Below, piece after piece: positions 19,790 through 32,304 of a DNA stretch of 64,000 nt (within the stretch, counting starts at the first letter, position 1; the number at the start of each line of letters is the position of its first letter). The DNA is from Tricharina praecox (lineage: Eukaryota). The position numbers and the translations under genes were made by a program. The stretch spans positions 1 to 64,000 of the forward strand of contig NW_026250431.1 of NCBI RefSeq assembly GCF_024521635.1. The letters run 5' to 3'. The notes beneath the pieces were generated by a model. The model worked only from the letters and a program-made list of their open reading frames with translations. It was not told the origin of the DNA and made no database searches.

Positions 19790-21081
19790 ATGCATACTCC
19801 TGATTTCGTGTACGAACCAACAACGACGGCGACATTGTCCGTGATGGTGGCTACTTTAGAGCCTACCGCCATACCATCCGTTTTCTACACACCCGCTGCG
19901 GAGCTCGCTGGTACCACACATTCGGTCCTCAGCCATACGTTTGCGCCAAACGGGGGAATCTCAGAGTATCGACCACCTCCTCGACCTCCGAACCTCATCC
20001 ATTTTCCCGAAGGCGCAAGCGGAGACGAAACAGATCCGGAGCGCAAAAAACAGAACATATCCAAGAGCTACCGATTTGCGGAGATGATAGTAGCGATCAC
20101 CTTCGGCGGCTCCATCTTCGTTGCGGGCGTGCTTTGGGCAGCCATCAGCTTTTTCATTCCATTCAGGGAGTCGGTTGTCTGTGGGCATAACTGCGGATGT
20201 GAAGTCAACGAGGACGGCGAAGTGATTCACCGTAACTTCCACCTCCCGGACACTGTGGACGAGGTTGCCCCATACCGTAAGGTTTACGAATGGATCATCC
20301 GACAATGGAAGTCGCTCTTTTCCGGTGGCTCAAAAGGGGTATGTACGCCAATTTATTGTTCACTTCAACTGGTTGTTTCTCCATCTGACGCACATCTGGT
20401 TGTAACGCAGGATGCTGAATCAGATGTGGACGTCAATCGTAACCGCCGTGTTCAGGACGATGCGGTCGATCACCGGCCTGATTCGCAGTCGAATGGCGAC
20501 TCAGACCTCATCGCGCCGCCACGTCCCAACGCAGCTCGTATTTTACAAGGAGAGGGTCTTCTCACTCTACCGAGACCAAGCAGCTACGATTCGGGTCTTC
20601 CGCATTACATGCGTAGCCCTCCTCTTCACGAGAGCTGGCCATACCTGTCTGGCCCTGTTGAAGCAGGTGAGGATCGTAATATCAGCTACACGGATCCACG
20701 TGAGGCTGATGAGTCCCGCGAAGGCAGGGTCACGTCGAACCAGACCACCCACAAGGGACACTCAGGTTCAATCGCCCACGACCTCCTCACTTTCGACGAG
20801 AATAGGAAGGGACAGAACTCGGAGTCACAGCAAGAGGACGAGCTACGATCCCTGCACCGACGCTCTGGGACGGTGCTTTCAGGAGAATCGGACGTTGGGG
20901 CCGCGCCGCAGGTAAGACAGTTGATCAAAACGGCACTTTTTCTTTGCAAAACTATACCACGTATACTGACACCTTCGTTTGATAGGGGGATGAACCGCTG
21001 CCACCTATGACATCTCGATGTCCGACTCCAACCCGCGCACCGTCCGCCAGCTCCGGATCCCCACCGGATGCTATCGTGTAA
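19790..21081 (+). CDS. Uncharacterised single-pass membrane protein (exons ~19790-20338, 20411-20911, 20986-21081; start uncertain)
   Basis: Long ORF, TM helix MIVAITFGGSIFVAGVLWAAISFFIPF, two GT..CTGAC..YAG introns that splice in frame. Confidence 0.65.
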
Positions 21082-22349
21082 GCGCAACTTTACACAGGTA
21101 GATCCAGGGCCGTGTCCGTCTGTATTGCCGGACACTGCGACAGGGACATCTTACGGTACTCACAGTATGATTTCGAAAGGCGGGCAATAGGAAACGGGTG
21201 TTTTGATGATGGAGTTTCGTATAGATTACACTTGAAAAGTTACTTCTTTGATGCAGCTGTCCCTTCTTCTTGTGGCTGGGGTCCTGGGGTGATAACCTGA
21301 CTGTCAAGAGTAGGAGGTGATGTGAAGGCGGCATGTACACTATTCGTGATTTGAACTTCTTTCATGGCCCCATAGGCGTATGTTGTTGCTAATCTTCCCA
21401 CATGACTCTGGAACCAACCGGTATCATTATCGATTCTGTATTAATGACGAAAACGTATCGGGAGATTGAACCCTCCAGGTAAATCGAATCATGTCAGTGC
21501 CGTAGCTCCACCACAAGAATGATACTCCGCCTCGAAAAGCAGGAAAGCATGAAACTAGCACAACACCAGGCAACGGGGCTATCGTGCGGCGTATACGAAT
21601 GTGAACAGTAAGAATATTGAACATTGATTATCCTCTCTACTGCTGCGGCAGTAGGTTCGCTATATACAGACCTTCTAGGCTCGCCAGATCGACGGCTGGC
21701 TCCTAGACCCCGTCACTCGCGGGGATTAAATATGATTCGGATGCCCAAGGTTTGCACGACCCACTCGCCATAGTCTACATACCTACGCCGCATGCGAAAT
21801 AAAACGGAAGATCTATCTCTCTTTCTCTCTGCACGACTAAGGCTGGGACAGGCGCCCAAGGTGTCGACCGGCTCATAAACAGTCCTCCGGAGCTATCGGA
21901 CGCGTAGATCTGACAACGAAAAACTAGCACCTAAGACATACCTACATCAATGACATCGCCCTCCCACAGCCCCAGAAACACAAAGAAGATACCGAATAGC
22001 TCCTCCGATTAAACGACGCTGCGTTGCCACCAGATTCAGACTCAGAGTTTGCCCTCTTTTGAACCTGCCAAGCACCCACAAGAAGTTTTGTAATGTACTA
22101 TGAGGGCAGACGTCCCCGCCGAAGGACAAAGGAAATTCCAGATCGATAGATCCATTGGACGACAGAACTTGGACTTCCCCGGCCTGAGTTTTGGCGGGGT
22201 CTTCTCAATCAACCGACTCGACTTCAGAAAGGTCTGTGATCTCTGCCTCCGCGGCACGCACAGCGAGCAGGCTTGGATGAGGAGGTTGACGATGGTTGTA
22301 AGAATATAAGGGTAGAAGGGCAGAGATAATTGGTTTGATGCAGCACCAA

Positions 22350-23250
22350 CATCATCAGCGGCGAGGTCTCTCTTTATCCACGGACTTTAGACTTCTTAGT
22401 CCGAAGGTTTCTCGCCTCCGGCAGCACTCGGTCTCTGCTATCCACCACGGAAGCAAATACTGATTAAACAGAAATAAAAATACAAATAAAATAAAAATAA
22501 AAATAAAATAAAAACCAGAACAAAAGCTGAAGCGGAACAAAACCAGACCAAAAACAAAAACAAAAACAGGAGAAAACATAAACAAAAAGCCCTTCCTCCA
22601 TGGTGGGCACAAAGTCCAGATCCATGCCCCCTGTGCGACGCTTGTCAATGCTCTCTCGAGTCACTCTAAAGCTCTCTCTCGGACTGAGCGTATCCAGTCT
22701 CACATCGCCAGCACCTTTGAGACCGTGCACCGTGGTGCAAAACCGCGTATCAACGATCAACCGGGCAAGGGTGTTCTCCACCCAGCCCCCCGGTTCCCGC
22801 CCCAAATGGTAGGGTCATGCAGCGCACTGCAATCGTCTGGTAAATGTACATAGTGATCAGGGTATTGATCACTTCTGCAAAAACCCGTTCGCCCCTCTTA
22901 TCTCCACCACCAACACCAATTCTTTCCATGGAGTCCTCCAGCTTGAGGATCTTCCGTCTAGCATCCGCCTGCGTCCTTCTCGGCTCCTCTTGTACCTGTC
23001 GGAACCGGTAGTCCCTCAAGCTCCGCGGGAATGATCGGAGTACCTTCATTGGTTGCAATGATGGAATCAACATCAAGATCCGTCTCCGTGGGGAAGCTCT
23101 GCGGCATTCGATCGTATCTAGTATCATCCGCCTCTGTGGTATTGCCGCTGTCTATCGTCCTGGCCTCCTCCTCCCCGGCCGCTACTTTCCACCTCCTGGG
23201 ACTCTTCCCAGTTTTCTTCATAGTCCCATCCGGACTGATGTCCGGATGGG
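22350..23250 (-). mobile_element. Possible degraded 3' end of a non-LTR (Tad1-like) retrotransposon
   Basis: Broken minus-strand ORFs ending ...ENTLARLIVDTRF... followed by a long T-rich low-complexity 3' tract (22465-22590); no clear catalytic motif. Confidence 0.3.
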
Positions 23251-25686
23251 CTTGATGGGATCAGTCCGATCCCACCCGTGTCGGCGGACTAGTCCGCCCA
23301 ACACACCCCCCACCAAAGCGGTCGATTTACGCTTGTTTGTCCTGCTCAGGAGCGCGGACCAACTGGACCGGGCTAGGCGAATTCTGCCTCCCCTTTCTCA
23401 CTCATGGAGATACCTACTGAAACTCCGCAAAGTTCCAGAAAGGCAGTGTAGACGAGCTCGCTCCACGCGGTGTGGGGAAGTGAGTACGACATGATGGAAT
23501 TGAGTGATCGTAGAAACAACCTGATCCGGACATTGTTTCTGTTCACCCTCTGAGTCAGATATGTCTTTTTTCATCCCCGTTTTTGTTCATCGACAGGAGA
23601 GTTCTAGCATGATATTTGGAACAGCGAGCGACTCAGATGAAGATTTATTCCCTTCGTTTGTAGTGGGAAGATGGGATTCGAGTGGGCTTGGGGGAAACAT
23701 AACGGTGCTGGGAGTAGACACGGGGATTATGTGAAAGTTACTTACCGTGCGAGCTTTGTAATGATCTGACGCTGGCGGAGCAGGTCATTTTCAAGAACCC
23801 TATTGGGGAGTGTTGCTTAAATGATGCCAACACGCGGGATATTGTGAGCGGAATGTTGACGGCTGTGAGGTGCGTCGGGCGGATGCTTTTCGGATTCCTG
23901 ATTAGATTTACAGAGAAGAAATCGAAGGATGAAGAGAGAATGAGCGTACCAGAAGAAACGGAGGGAAGATGATCAGACGAAACCAGTGCACCAGAAGAGT
24001 AGGTGCCCGAATAAGAGAAGCAGAAGCCCAGGTGAGGGCCCGAAGCATCCGAGAGGAGCTGGTGATTCGTAGGTGAGGGGAGATGGAAACTGTATCAAGG
24101 GAAAACAGTGGACCGGAAGAGATGGAGTATGGATGAAAGGAAGCGATCGCTGTAGAAGTGTGAGGGAGAGCGATGGGAGAAGAGGTGGTGCGGATGGGTC
24201 AAAAGGGATGGTGGACGAGGGTAAAATAATTGGTGGAAGAGTGTGGATTCGAAGAAGGAGAGCGTGGACTGCGCAGATGTGATGGTAGGAGAGTCGGAAG
24301 GGAGCGAAGATGCGAGCAGTTATCAGGGAAACAGAGGCCGAAGCCTCTGCCAAGACAACAACAACAATAGAATTAACCCTCATTGATTATCCGGATGTGA
24401 CAGCCCCCACAACGGAGCAATGTATCACGTGAGTATGAAGAAATCTGTCCCGTGAGTATCGCCACAGCGAAGCAATCAATAGAAAATCAGTATGCGTAGT
24501 GAGCGCATCTGGGTCTTTCAACATATTCTCGTCAAACCGGATCTGCGCAAACACCTCATGACCAAAGATCATCCTGTCAGCGTTTTCTTGGTCAACCACT
24601 GCAAACCTCCCGTTTTTTGATCACTCGCATCACTGTCACTAAATTCTAATTACGGAACTTTCAACAAGCTTAGAAATCTCCACTGCCTCCAGGTAAAGAA
24701 CAACATCACGATCGTGAGCGCGTTTCACGAAGGCCTTGGGGACGAGGTCCAACCGGCTATCGGTACCGCAGCTACCCCTTGTGCCTCACAAGGTGACTCG
24801 GCGACAGGTACCGGAAGAAATTAGCGAGCCATCTCATAGTCTTTGATAGTCGGGAGGCTACCAGGGTCCAGCAAACAGAATCTTTGCACTCGGACCAGAA
24901 TTCTGCCCATGGCGAGCAGTATATCTTCGGTACGTGATCTCCTGTATCGACCAAGTGGAAAACATGGTCAGCGATCTGAAGACTCGTCTGTGTAGTAGTC
25001 GGTCCGTCCGAACGTCATACTCTTATACAAACATCGTTGGATGACGGTGGCATATCTTTTACGGTGGCTTGTAGCGGGACGAAGGGTCCTGATTCGAAAA
25101 CTCGAACGAAAACACAAAGGCAGCTTTGACCACGCCACACGGATACGGAACGGATCAGACGGTAAGACGTGTCCACCAAACTAATGAGAGGCCACCCAAA
25201 GAATTTCTCTAGCGATACATTATCGTTTCTCCAGATAGTAGCCGATTATGATCAGCGCAAACGACGAGTGATACTCAATGACAAAATACGGCCGGTAGTG
25301 TTAGCATTTCTTCAAGCGCCGAGCAAACCAATCGCTGCAGCCGGCCAGCGGCGTATTACCCCCATTTAAAGAAAGCTTTGCTTTCTGTTTGGAAGTAACC
25401 GTATCTCAAGTGCTGTCTGTAGGACGTATGTAATAGTTGCCATAGTAGATGCTTCGCATCAGGAAAAACATTTTTACTCCAGTAGGCAGTTGACTGCGTA
25501 TTTATGCAGTGCCGCGGTGAATGCGGTGGGTGCATTGAAAACGGCGATTGGGCGTTCCACCTTAACAGAATGATCTTCTGTGATCACGACGTCAGTTGAC
25601 CATTGGAACGTCTTGTCGATTCATTTATAGTATGAGGGGTCCTATCTACATAATAGCAGTATCCACCCTGTACATACACCCCGTCC

Positions 25687-27780
25687 GCTCCGTCAGTCAC
25701 TAACGTGGACGCAGTACTACATTCGCCTATGAAGCGAATCTCCTCACCATTCTCGCCCTACTCGTCCAGGTATGGAAAGTCTCCTCGCCCTGCTCGTCCC
25801 ACTCACCCCACTCGACGCACCCGTCCTACTAGTCCTGCTCATCCTACTTGTCCGGCGGCGGAAACAGCCTCCTCGTCCTACTCCTTCGGTTGTACTGCAT
25901 TCGCTGCCAGGGCCTCACACACCAATCGATTCGCTGCCATCACCCCTCTACTGAATTCGCTGCCAAGGACTCATTACTGGGTTCGCTGCCATGGTCCTAC
26001 CACTGGATTCGCTGCCTGGGCTCTGTACTGGATTGCTAGATTCGCTCCCAAGGCCTCTCTGCCACACCGCTGGATTCGCTTCCTGGGTCTCTGCACTGGA
26101 TTCGTTGTCGTGGACTCGGTACTGGATTCGCTACCATAGCCTGGCTACTGGATTTTCTGTCATGCCCTTACCCACCACCTGATCCGCTGCCATGGCCTCC
26201 CTACTGGATTCGCTACCATAGCCTGGCTACTGGATTCGCTGCCATCGACTCTCAACCGGATTCGCTACCATGGCCTTTCAACTGGATTCGCTGTCATGGG
26301 TCCTCTACTGGATTTACTATCATAGCCTGCCACCTGGATTCGCTGCCATGGCCTCTCTGCTGGATTGGCCTAAGAATGCCCCTCTCGCTGACATGACTCT
26401 GGATGGAAGGCTGGATTCGCTGCCTTGGACCGACTATTGCATTAGTCTAAGGAACCCGTACTACTAGACTCGCAAAAGGAAGCCCCTCTTACTGCTATGG
26501 AGACAGCACTTGATATATTTGGCTACCTGAGCTCTCAGATTCCACACTTCATCCGTCGCCACTTTTTCAACAAGTCCCGCATTCGTAATGCCGGACTTCA
26601 CGACTGCTTGATCGACGAGCAACCTCCCCCGCTGATCGCATACGTGGTGAAAGCCCTGTACCATGCATTGCAGGAGTCGTAGAAGAGCGGGGGAGATCCC
26701 CCATCGAGGCCATCCACGAAGACTAGCAAGTGTACCAAGAGCCGTTCAGCAGGGTGGTCGTGTTTCTTCAACCTGAAAAAAGATGGCCGTAAGTAGGCTT
26801 TCATATTCCAAGAGCTTAGCTAACGGTTTTTACAGAACGTACAGTACGTTCATGTCTTTCTGGAACTCAGTAGATCCTCGATTTTAGGAAAAGGCAGTGA
26901 TGAGTCATGACGGGACCCACTGCGCTGAAGATCGATATTAGGTTCTCTGTCGATGTGGACGATAATGACAGATACGGCACCCACTGGCGAGTCGGATCCT
27001 GCTCTAATGGCAGCGTTCCTTGCGGAACCTATTCCTGGGGATGCAAATTTAGGACCATTGGTGATGCCAAATGCGACGGACGACATCCCGAACGAGAAGG
27101 ACTTGCCGAGAAGTCCTGTTCTCCTTGATCTTGACGATGTGGAGAATGACGAAAACCAGAGTATTGACGAAGAAGAAGATGATGATGAGTTGAGCTCGGT
27201 TGAGGGGCTTTGGCAGGAGGATTCTGTATAATAGCAATTACAGTATTCATCTTGTCAAATATAAGTTAGATAAACATGATAGTATTCGGTACAGCAACAA
27301 TATCGTGAGCAGCTCTCTCTCTATATATACAACCTCCATAACTAGAGAAATATCTTCATCGATACCTTCGGAGCTCCGTGCTCGGACACTCCACTAGAGT
27401 AAGCTAAGGACATCGTCATTTCCGGACGTCCCATATTCCGACACATCTATAAACAAGGTTACATGCAGGTGCTAGATCTCGCGAGCACAGTATGGGTTAT
27501 ATGTATTGTATTGAGGCATCCGCATTCCTACACGGGTAACAGATCTCAGACCCGGGCAGCTGCGATCACTCATGGACTGCTATCAATCCAGGCACCGTGC
27601 CTATCTAGTCAGAGTGTTCCGCTGTGTGCAGCACCTGGCTAACTGCGATCACCTGGAGAGCTGCGGTCATGCATGGACAACTGTGGTCACATGGCGCCGG
27701 GCTTATTCAAACAGTATGTCGCGCAATGTGCAGTCCAAGCAGTACAAACGCCTCCCCACACCTATCGGAGTTTTTTTTTT
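25687..27780 (+). mobile_element. Unclassified dispersed element X, copy 1 (internal ACTGGATTCGCTGCCATGG array, degraded ORF, 3' GC hairpin plus T-run)
   Basis: Both ends are homologous to 49583-50560 (minus strand); contains solo LTR 27253-27443. Confidence 0.7.
27253..27443 (-). mobile_element. Solo LTR (191 bp) with 5-bp TSD CATCT
   Basis: TGT...ACA ends; CATCT at 27248-27252 and 27444-27448; empty site in the paralogous element near 49940. Confidence 0.9.
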
Positions 27781-28089
27781 CATGATGAAAACATGGTGTG
27801 CTACTCTGCTCTGCATCATAATGGTCTACAACGTCCAACTAAACAACAGTCAAGCGTCGCAGTCACTAGAATGGGTTTATTCGGGATCAGGCTTTCATCC
27901 GCCAACACTCGTCGAACGTGTGAAATGTCAGGAATCGTAGATGTTTTCAAACTTCAATTTCCTGTCCATGTTTCTTTGAACATTAGGCTGTGGCGTGATA
28001 GCTGGCCATCTATGCCTACTGTGGTGCCTGTGATTCCCCGCTCAAAGCCTGCGGGACTATGAGTTGGGATCACCCACAAACTGCAGGAT

Positions 28090-29150
28090 CAGACCCTCCA
28101 ACAGTTCGAACTGGGAACAAATAGGGGTCGTTCTTAGACTAGCCAACTGTTGGGGAGTATTGAACTAAACCAACTGGCAAACGAAACCAACTGCCGGGTT
28201 TTGAACCGGGAAAACTACTAGGCCCACCAGTTCAGTGAGGCTTACAATTTCACCTATAGCTCGCATATTCAAGACCTGTCAAGATGCAGGACGCAGACAC
28301 GCAACCTGCACCTTACCGGGTCCTAATCAGCAAGGGCGAACCCTTTTCAGATTGTACTGCACTGTAGTGATCAGTAATGCAGAGTACCGACCCGAACTGC
28401 AGGCCATTTACTGCCAGGCTACGGTACTGTCAGGTACCGGGCACGCAGTAGTCGACCGTCGCCGAGTATTACCTACGGCCATCACTGGGAGCACACATTT
28501 TGGTAGTACAACAGAGCAACACTCAGTATCACGCGGTACAGAGTGGTACCGCCTTTGGCCGCCGCAGGAAGGATAATTGGGCAGTACAGCTCTGTAATGG
28601 CCATTACTGACCGGTACAGATCTATTCTAGCCATGTCTGCTGAGGTGGGACGGCTCTTCTCTGAGTGCAAAATGATTCTCACTGATCGTCGGCATTCGCT
28701 AGGTACGGAGAGTTTTGAAAATTTGGAGAGCATCAAAAAGTTCAATGGGCGCACTCCCATCATGGATAGGTAGCTTTAGAGTAGGAATTCAAAATTAGTA
28801 CTGTTCACATCTTACGTCGCCCTTTCGGTGACCATTTAAAACTAGTACTGTACCCATCTTTTATTGCGCTTTCGGTGGCCATCCAAAAATCATATGCATA
28901 TGGAACCCAGTTTCTATCGCTTTTTCCGGACCAGTAGCACCCTATGTCGGCCAATTTACCTTCCCTCACTGAACTGCCAGCTCATCCGCTGAACTGACAG
29001 TTCTGCCAGTTTTCCCGGAACAACTGCCAGACCTACCTAAACCAACTGGGAACTGACAGCCTCTGTTCCCAACTGAACCGGGAACAAAATCAACCCAAAC
29101 TGAACTGTTTCAACCGGTGTCCCGATTTCAACCAACTGTAGGAGGATCTG
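28090..29150 (+). mobile_element. Non-autonomous hAT transposon derivative
   Basis: TIRs CAGACCCTCCAACAGTT / AACTGTAGGAGGATCTG (15/17 match), near-matching flanks TGCAGGAT/GCAGGGAC, subterminal AACTG repeats, hAT dimerisation remnant SILAMSAEVGRLFSECKMILTDRRHSL. Confidence 0.82.
28353..28618. mobile_element. MITE-like insertion nested in the hAT remnant
   Basis: TGTAC...GTACA ends, internal inverted repeat TCAGTAATG/CATTACTGA, GAT on both flanks; removing it restores the hAT reading frame. Confidence 0.55.
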
Positions 29151-29299
29151 GCAGGGACGGCAGAGCCAGACATGCCCATTAGACAACCAGACTGGCTGAA
29201 CCATAGCGGGTGTGTATCACTTGATGGGCTTCTCTTGGTCAATGATCCGGCCTCGTGGCTTGTGAATCACCACACCTGTTTATGTCTTATTGGCGTTCG

Positions 29300-29600
29300 A
29301 TTTTGTACCATTGTTCTCAAGACGAGTGCTGATGCGTGACGGAATCCTGGTCGAGCTGCTTCCTCACCGATAGTCGGCGCTGAGTGTCTATCGTTATTGC
29401 TCGCGCTTCAGTACTCGATAGATTCATCTTCCGTGTCGACATTGCTGTCTTCCTGGAAAACCATTTTATATCGGCCTCCGCAGTCTTGACGAGTGCTGCT
29501 ACGGGACGTCTCGCTGGTCTACCTACCTAGCTCTTTTCGCCCCGATACCCAAGACAGGACTCTGAAGGTCTGTCGTCTAGTCACAGCTCGCGTTTCAGTG
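29300..29600. repeat. ~167-bp tandem repeat, about 2 units
   Basis: Anchor GAGTGCTG at 29324 and 29491; same unit as 31450-32050. Confidence 0.7.
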
Positions 29601-31449
29601 ATCGTTAACCCCCCCAATTGTTTTTCGGGACTGGTCTCTGTAGAACACTGCTCCTCTCATTGCGAACCAGGTACATCAGGGAATCAAATTTCAAAATCAA
29701 AAAACACACCACTGCTCTGCGAAGCAAGTGTATTAGCAAATCAACCTTTAAAAACAAAAAAAGATTATCGCTCTGCGATAGTCGCTTCTTCATCGGGGCC
29801 CTAGCCCCGCCCCGCCCCGTCCCGCGCCCTCCTCCACCCTACTCTTTTCTTGCATGCTTGGCACCATGTGTGCGCTCGTACTCCTCCGCCCCGCAGATTG
29901 TGCGCGCGGTTCCTCGTCTCCTGTCCACCATGCTGGTGTTCTGCATGGGTTACAAGCTGCGAGATTGCGATTCGGTTGAAGCTTGCGGCACGCAGCCCAG
30001 CACGCGAGGTACGGGTGGACAGATTTCGGGTCTTGTCCACGAGGAACGTCTGGGATCGTCCGCGACTGCGCAGGGTCACGCCCGCACCCCCATTGGAGTG
30101 ATCTCGCGGGCGCGCGCGACCGCAGTGCATGATTTTTCGGTCCGAGCGGACCTCGTGGGAACAGCCCACTGCCCAGTGGGTCAAAGACGGGAGCATCGTC
30201 CCGAGCGTGTGTTCCCACTGGGAGGGCAAACATGTTGCCTAGCTCTATACAGTTGCTTTCGCATCTGTTAGCAAAATTCAATAATGCTTCGATCACAAAC
30301 TAGGATACGTACCTCAGGACACGGTAGATGTCGAATGCACCCATCTTCGTCCGCTTGGCAAGAGAGAAACACGTTTCCCCAACGAGGCAACATCGTGCCC
30401 CGAAGGCCGGCCATACGTCCGAATGACATGGCCTGCGAATGCCCGGAGTTCGACCCCATAGAGGGGCCTGTCACCTGTGTGACATTGGTGATTTCATCCA
30501 ACTGTTTCTTGACCCCTCCCAATTCGCTTTTGAGATCCGAGATTTCGCTATCCTTCGAGCGCAGGTCTCCACGCTCATTGTTCGTGTTTTTCTTGTCAGC
30601 CTCCTTGCTCTCCCACACTCGATACGCAGAGTGGTGGCCACCACATCGCCCTGCAGGTTTGTAATGCATTAGATGTCTGCTCAACACGATGGCGATCAAG
30701 AAAGGAAAAAGACTTACACCACATTTCTGCTCCTCTTCTGGAGCGGGAGATTTTTCTCCCACATTTTACATTTCCTGCATGAGTAGCTATAAAGACATCA
30801 ACACATTGCACGACAGACACTATTGGTCAAATCGCGTTCTTGCATCAATGCTGGTCTTAGGCGGCACCATTTGTGGCAGTACGGGAGGGGTCGAAGAAAT
30901 ACTTACTGATAGGGTCACACTAACAGGTGCCGACATGTTCAGGATGATTGGTTGGACAGTGGAGATAGGTGTAGAGCCACACGTGGAAGAACGATGTCGA
31001 AAGGTGGAGGTAGTGAAGGAATCGAGAAGTGCAGGTAGTGAGGGAGTCCAAGTTGTTGACGACGTAGGATGAGAGGAAAAATGTTGGAAGACGAATCGAG
31101 GTTACCACTAAGCGTCGATTGGCAGAATAACGATGTCGGAAAAAATGTGGAAGAGATGGTGAAGGAAGTGTGATGAAAGGAAAATGAAGGAAGACTGTGG
31201 GTTGTGGCTTTCAAATACGTCGGTCGACGCCAAGCCGCTGGTTTGTGCCTCATCAGCGGTAGCAGTCCTAAGGGCAAGTGGGAAATAGTCCACACCGGAA
31301 ACTTCCGGATATCGGAGCCCTCGGGATAGGACATGACCTAAGCTCGCACACCAATAGACGGCGATTAGTATGCACGCATAGGCAATCTGGCGAATCCGTC
31401 ACTTATGGTTCGTGTGGGGTATCACCGTGTCGAAGTTTCTATATTGCCA

Positions 31450-32050
31450 GCATTGAATTTTGTACTACATGGGACTCTGGGCGAGTGCAGATGCGTGAAT
31501 CCTCGCTGGTCGAGCTGCTTCAACTCTCGCTCCAATAGGTACCCACTCGACCCTGAGGGTTCATCATCATATCTCGCATTTCAATGAACGATAGCTTTAG
31601 CTTCTGTGCCGACCTTGCTGTCTTCGGTGGTGGATTTTTTCATACATCGGACTCTGGACGAGTGCTGATTCGTGACGGCTCGCTAGTCGAGCTGCTTCAC
31701 CTCTCGCCCCGATAGGTACTCGACCCTGAGGGTCCATCGTCATATATCGCGTTTGAATAATCGGTAGCTTCACTTGCTGTCTTGTCGTTGCTGTCTTCGG
31801 TATTGGATTTTGCACTACATGGGACTCTGGAGGAGTGCTGATTCGTGACGGCTACGCAGCTGGTCGGGCTGCTTAAACTTTCGCCTGGATACTGGGCCCC
31901 GAGGATCGATCGTCATCATTCGCGTTCCAGTTATTGATATCTGTCTTTTGTGTCGATGTTGCTATCTTCCTGGCATTCGATTTTATATGGGTCTTGCTTC
32001 TGCACGAGTACTGATGTATGACGACCGGCTGGTCTACCCAGCTGCCTTAG
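31450..32050. repeat. ~173-177-bp tandem repeat, about 3.5 units
   Basis: Anchor GAGT(G/A)C(T/A)GAT at 31483, 31660, 31833, 32006. Confidence 0.85.
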
Positions 32051-32304
32051 CCATGAAACTTCAACCTAAAGGTCCAGGTATCGGAGTACATATGCTATGT
32101 GATATTATTACTATGGATCGTCGCCACCATATGTCATCCACGAACATAACATCATGGAGACTTTACAACTACGAGTAGGTATCTGTGTCACATTTCGAAA
32201 CCCACATGGTCTAGCCTATGATAATGCTTGCTTTCTTTGTAATCGTCTATGGAAACAGCCGCCCCCCCCCCCCAACCTCCCCCGCGCTCGCTCTTCCCCA
32301 GCGC

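Noticed and set aside
23500..24960. Minus-strand fragments vaguely like RT/gag of a retroelement
   Set aside because: No intact catalytic motif; too degraded to assign
25900..26430. ACTGGATTCGCT array as CRISPR-like
   Set aside because: Inter-repeat segments are short and related to each other; ordinary minisatellite
30268..30762. Coiled-coil ORF with intron-like signals
   Set aside because: No convincing start or family; not supportable as a gene
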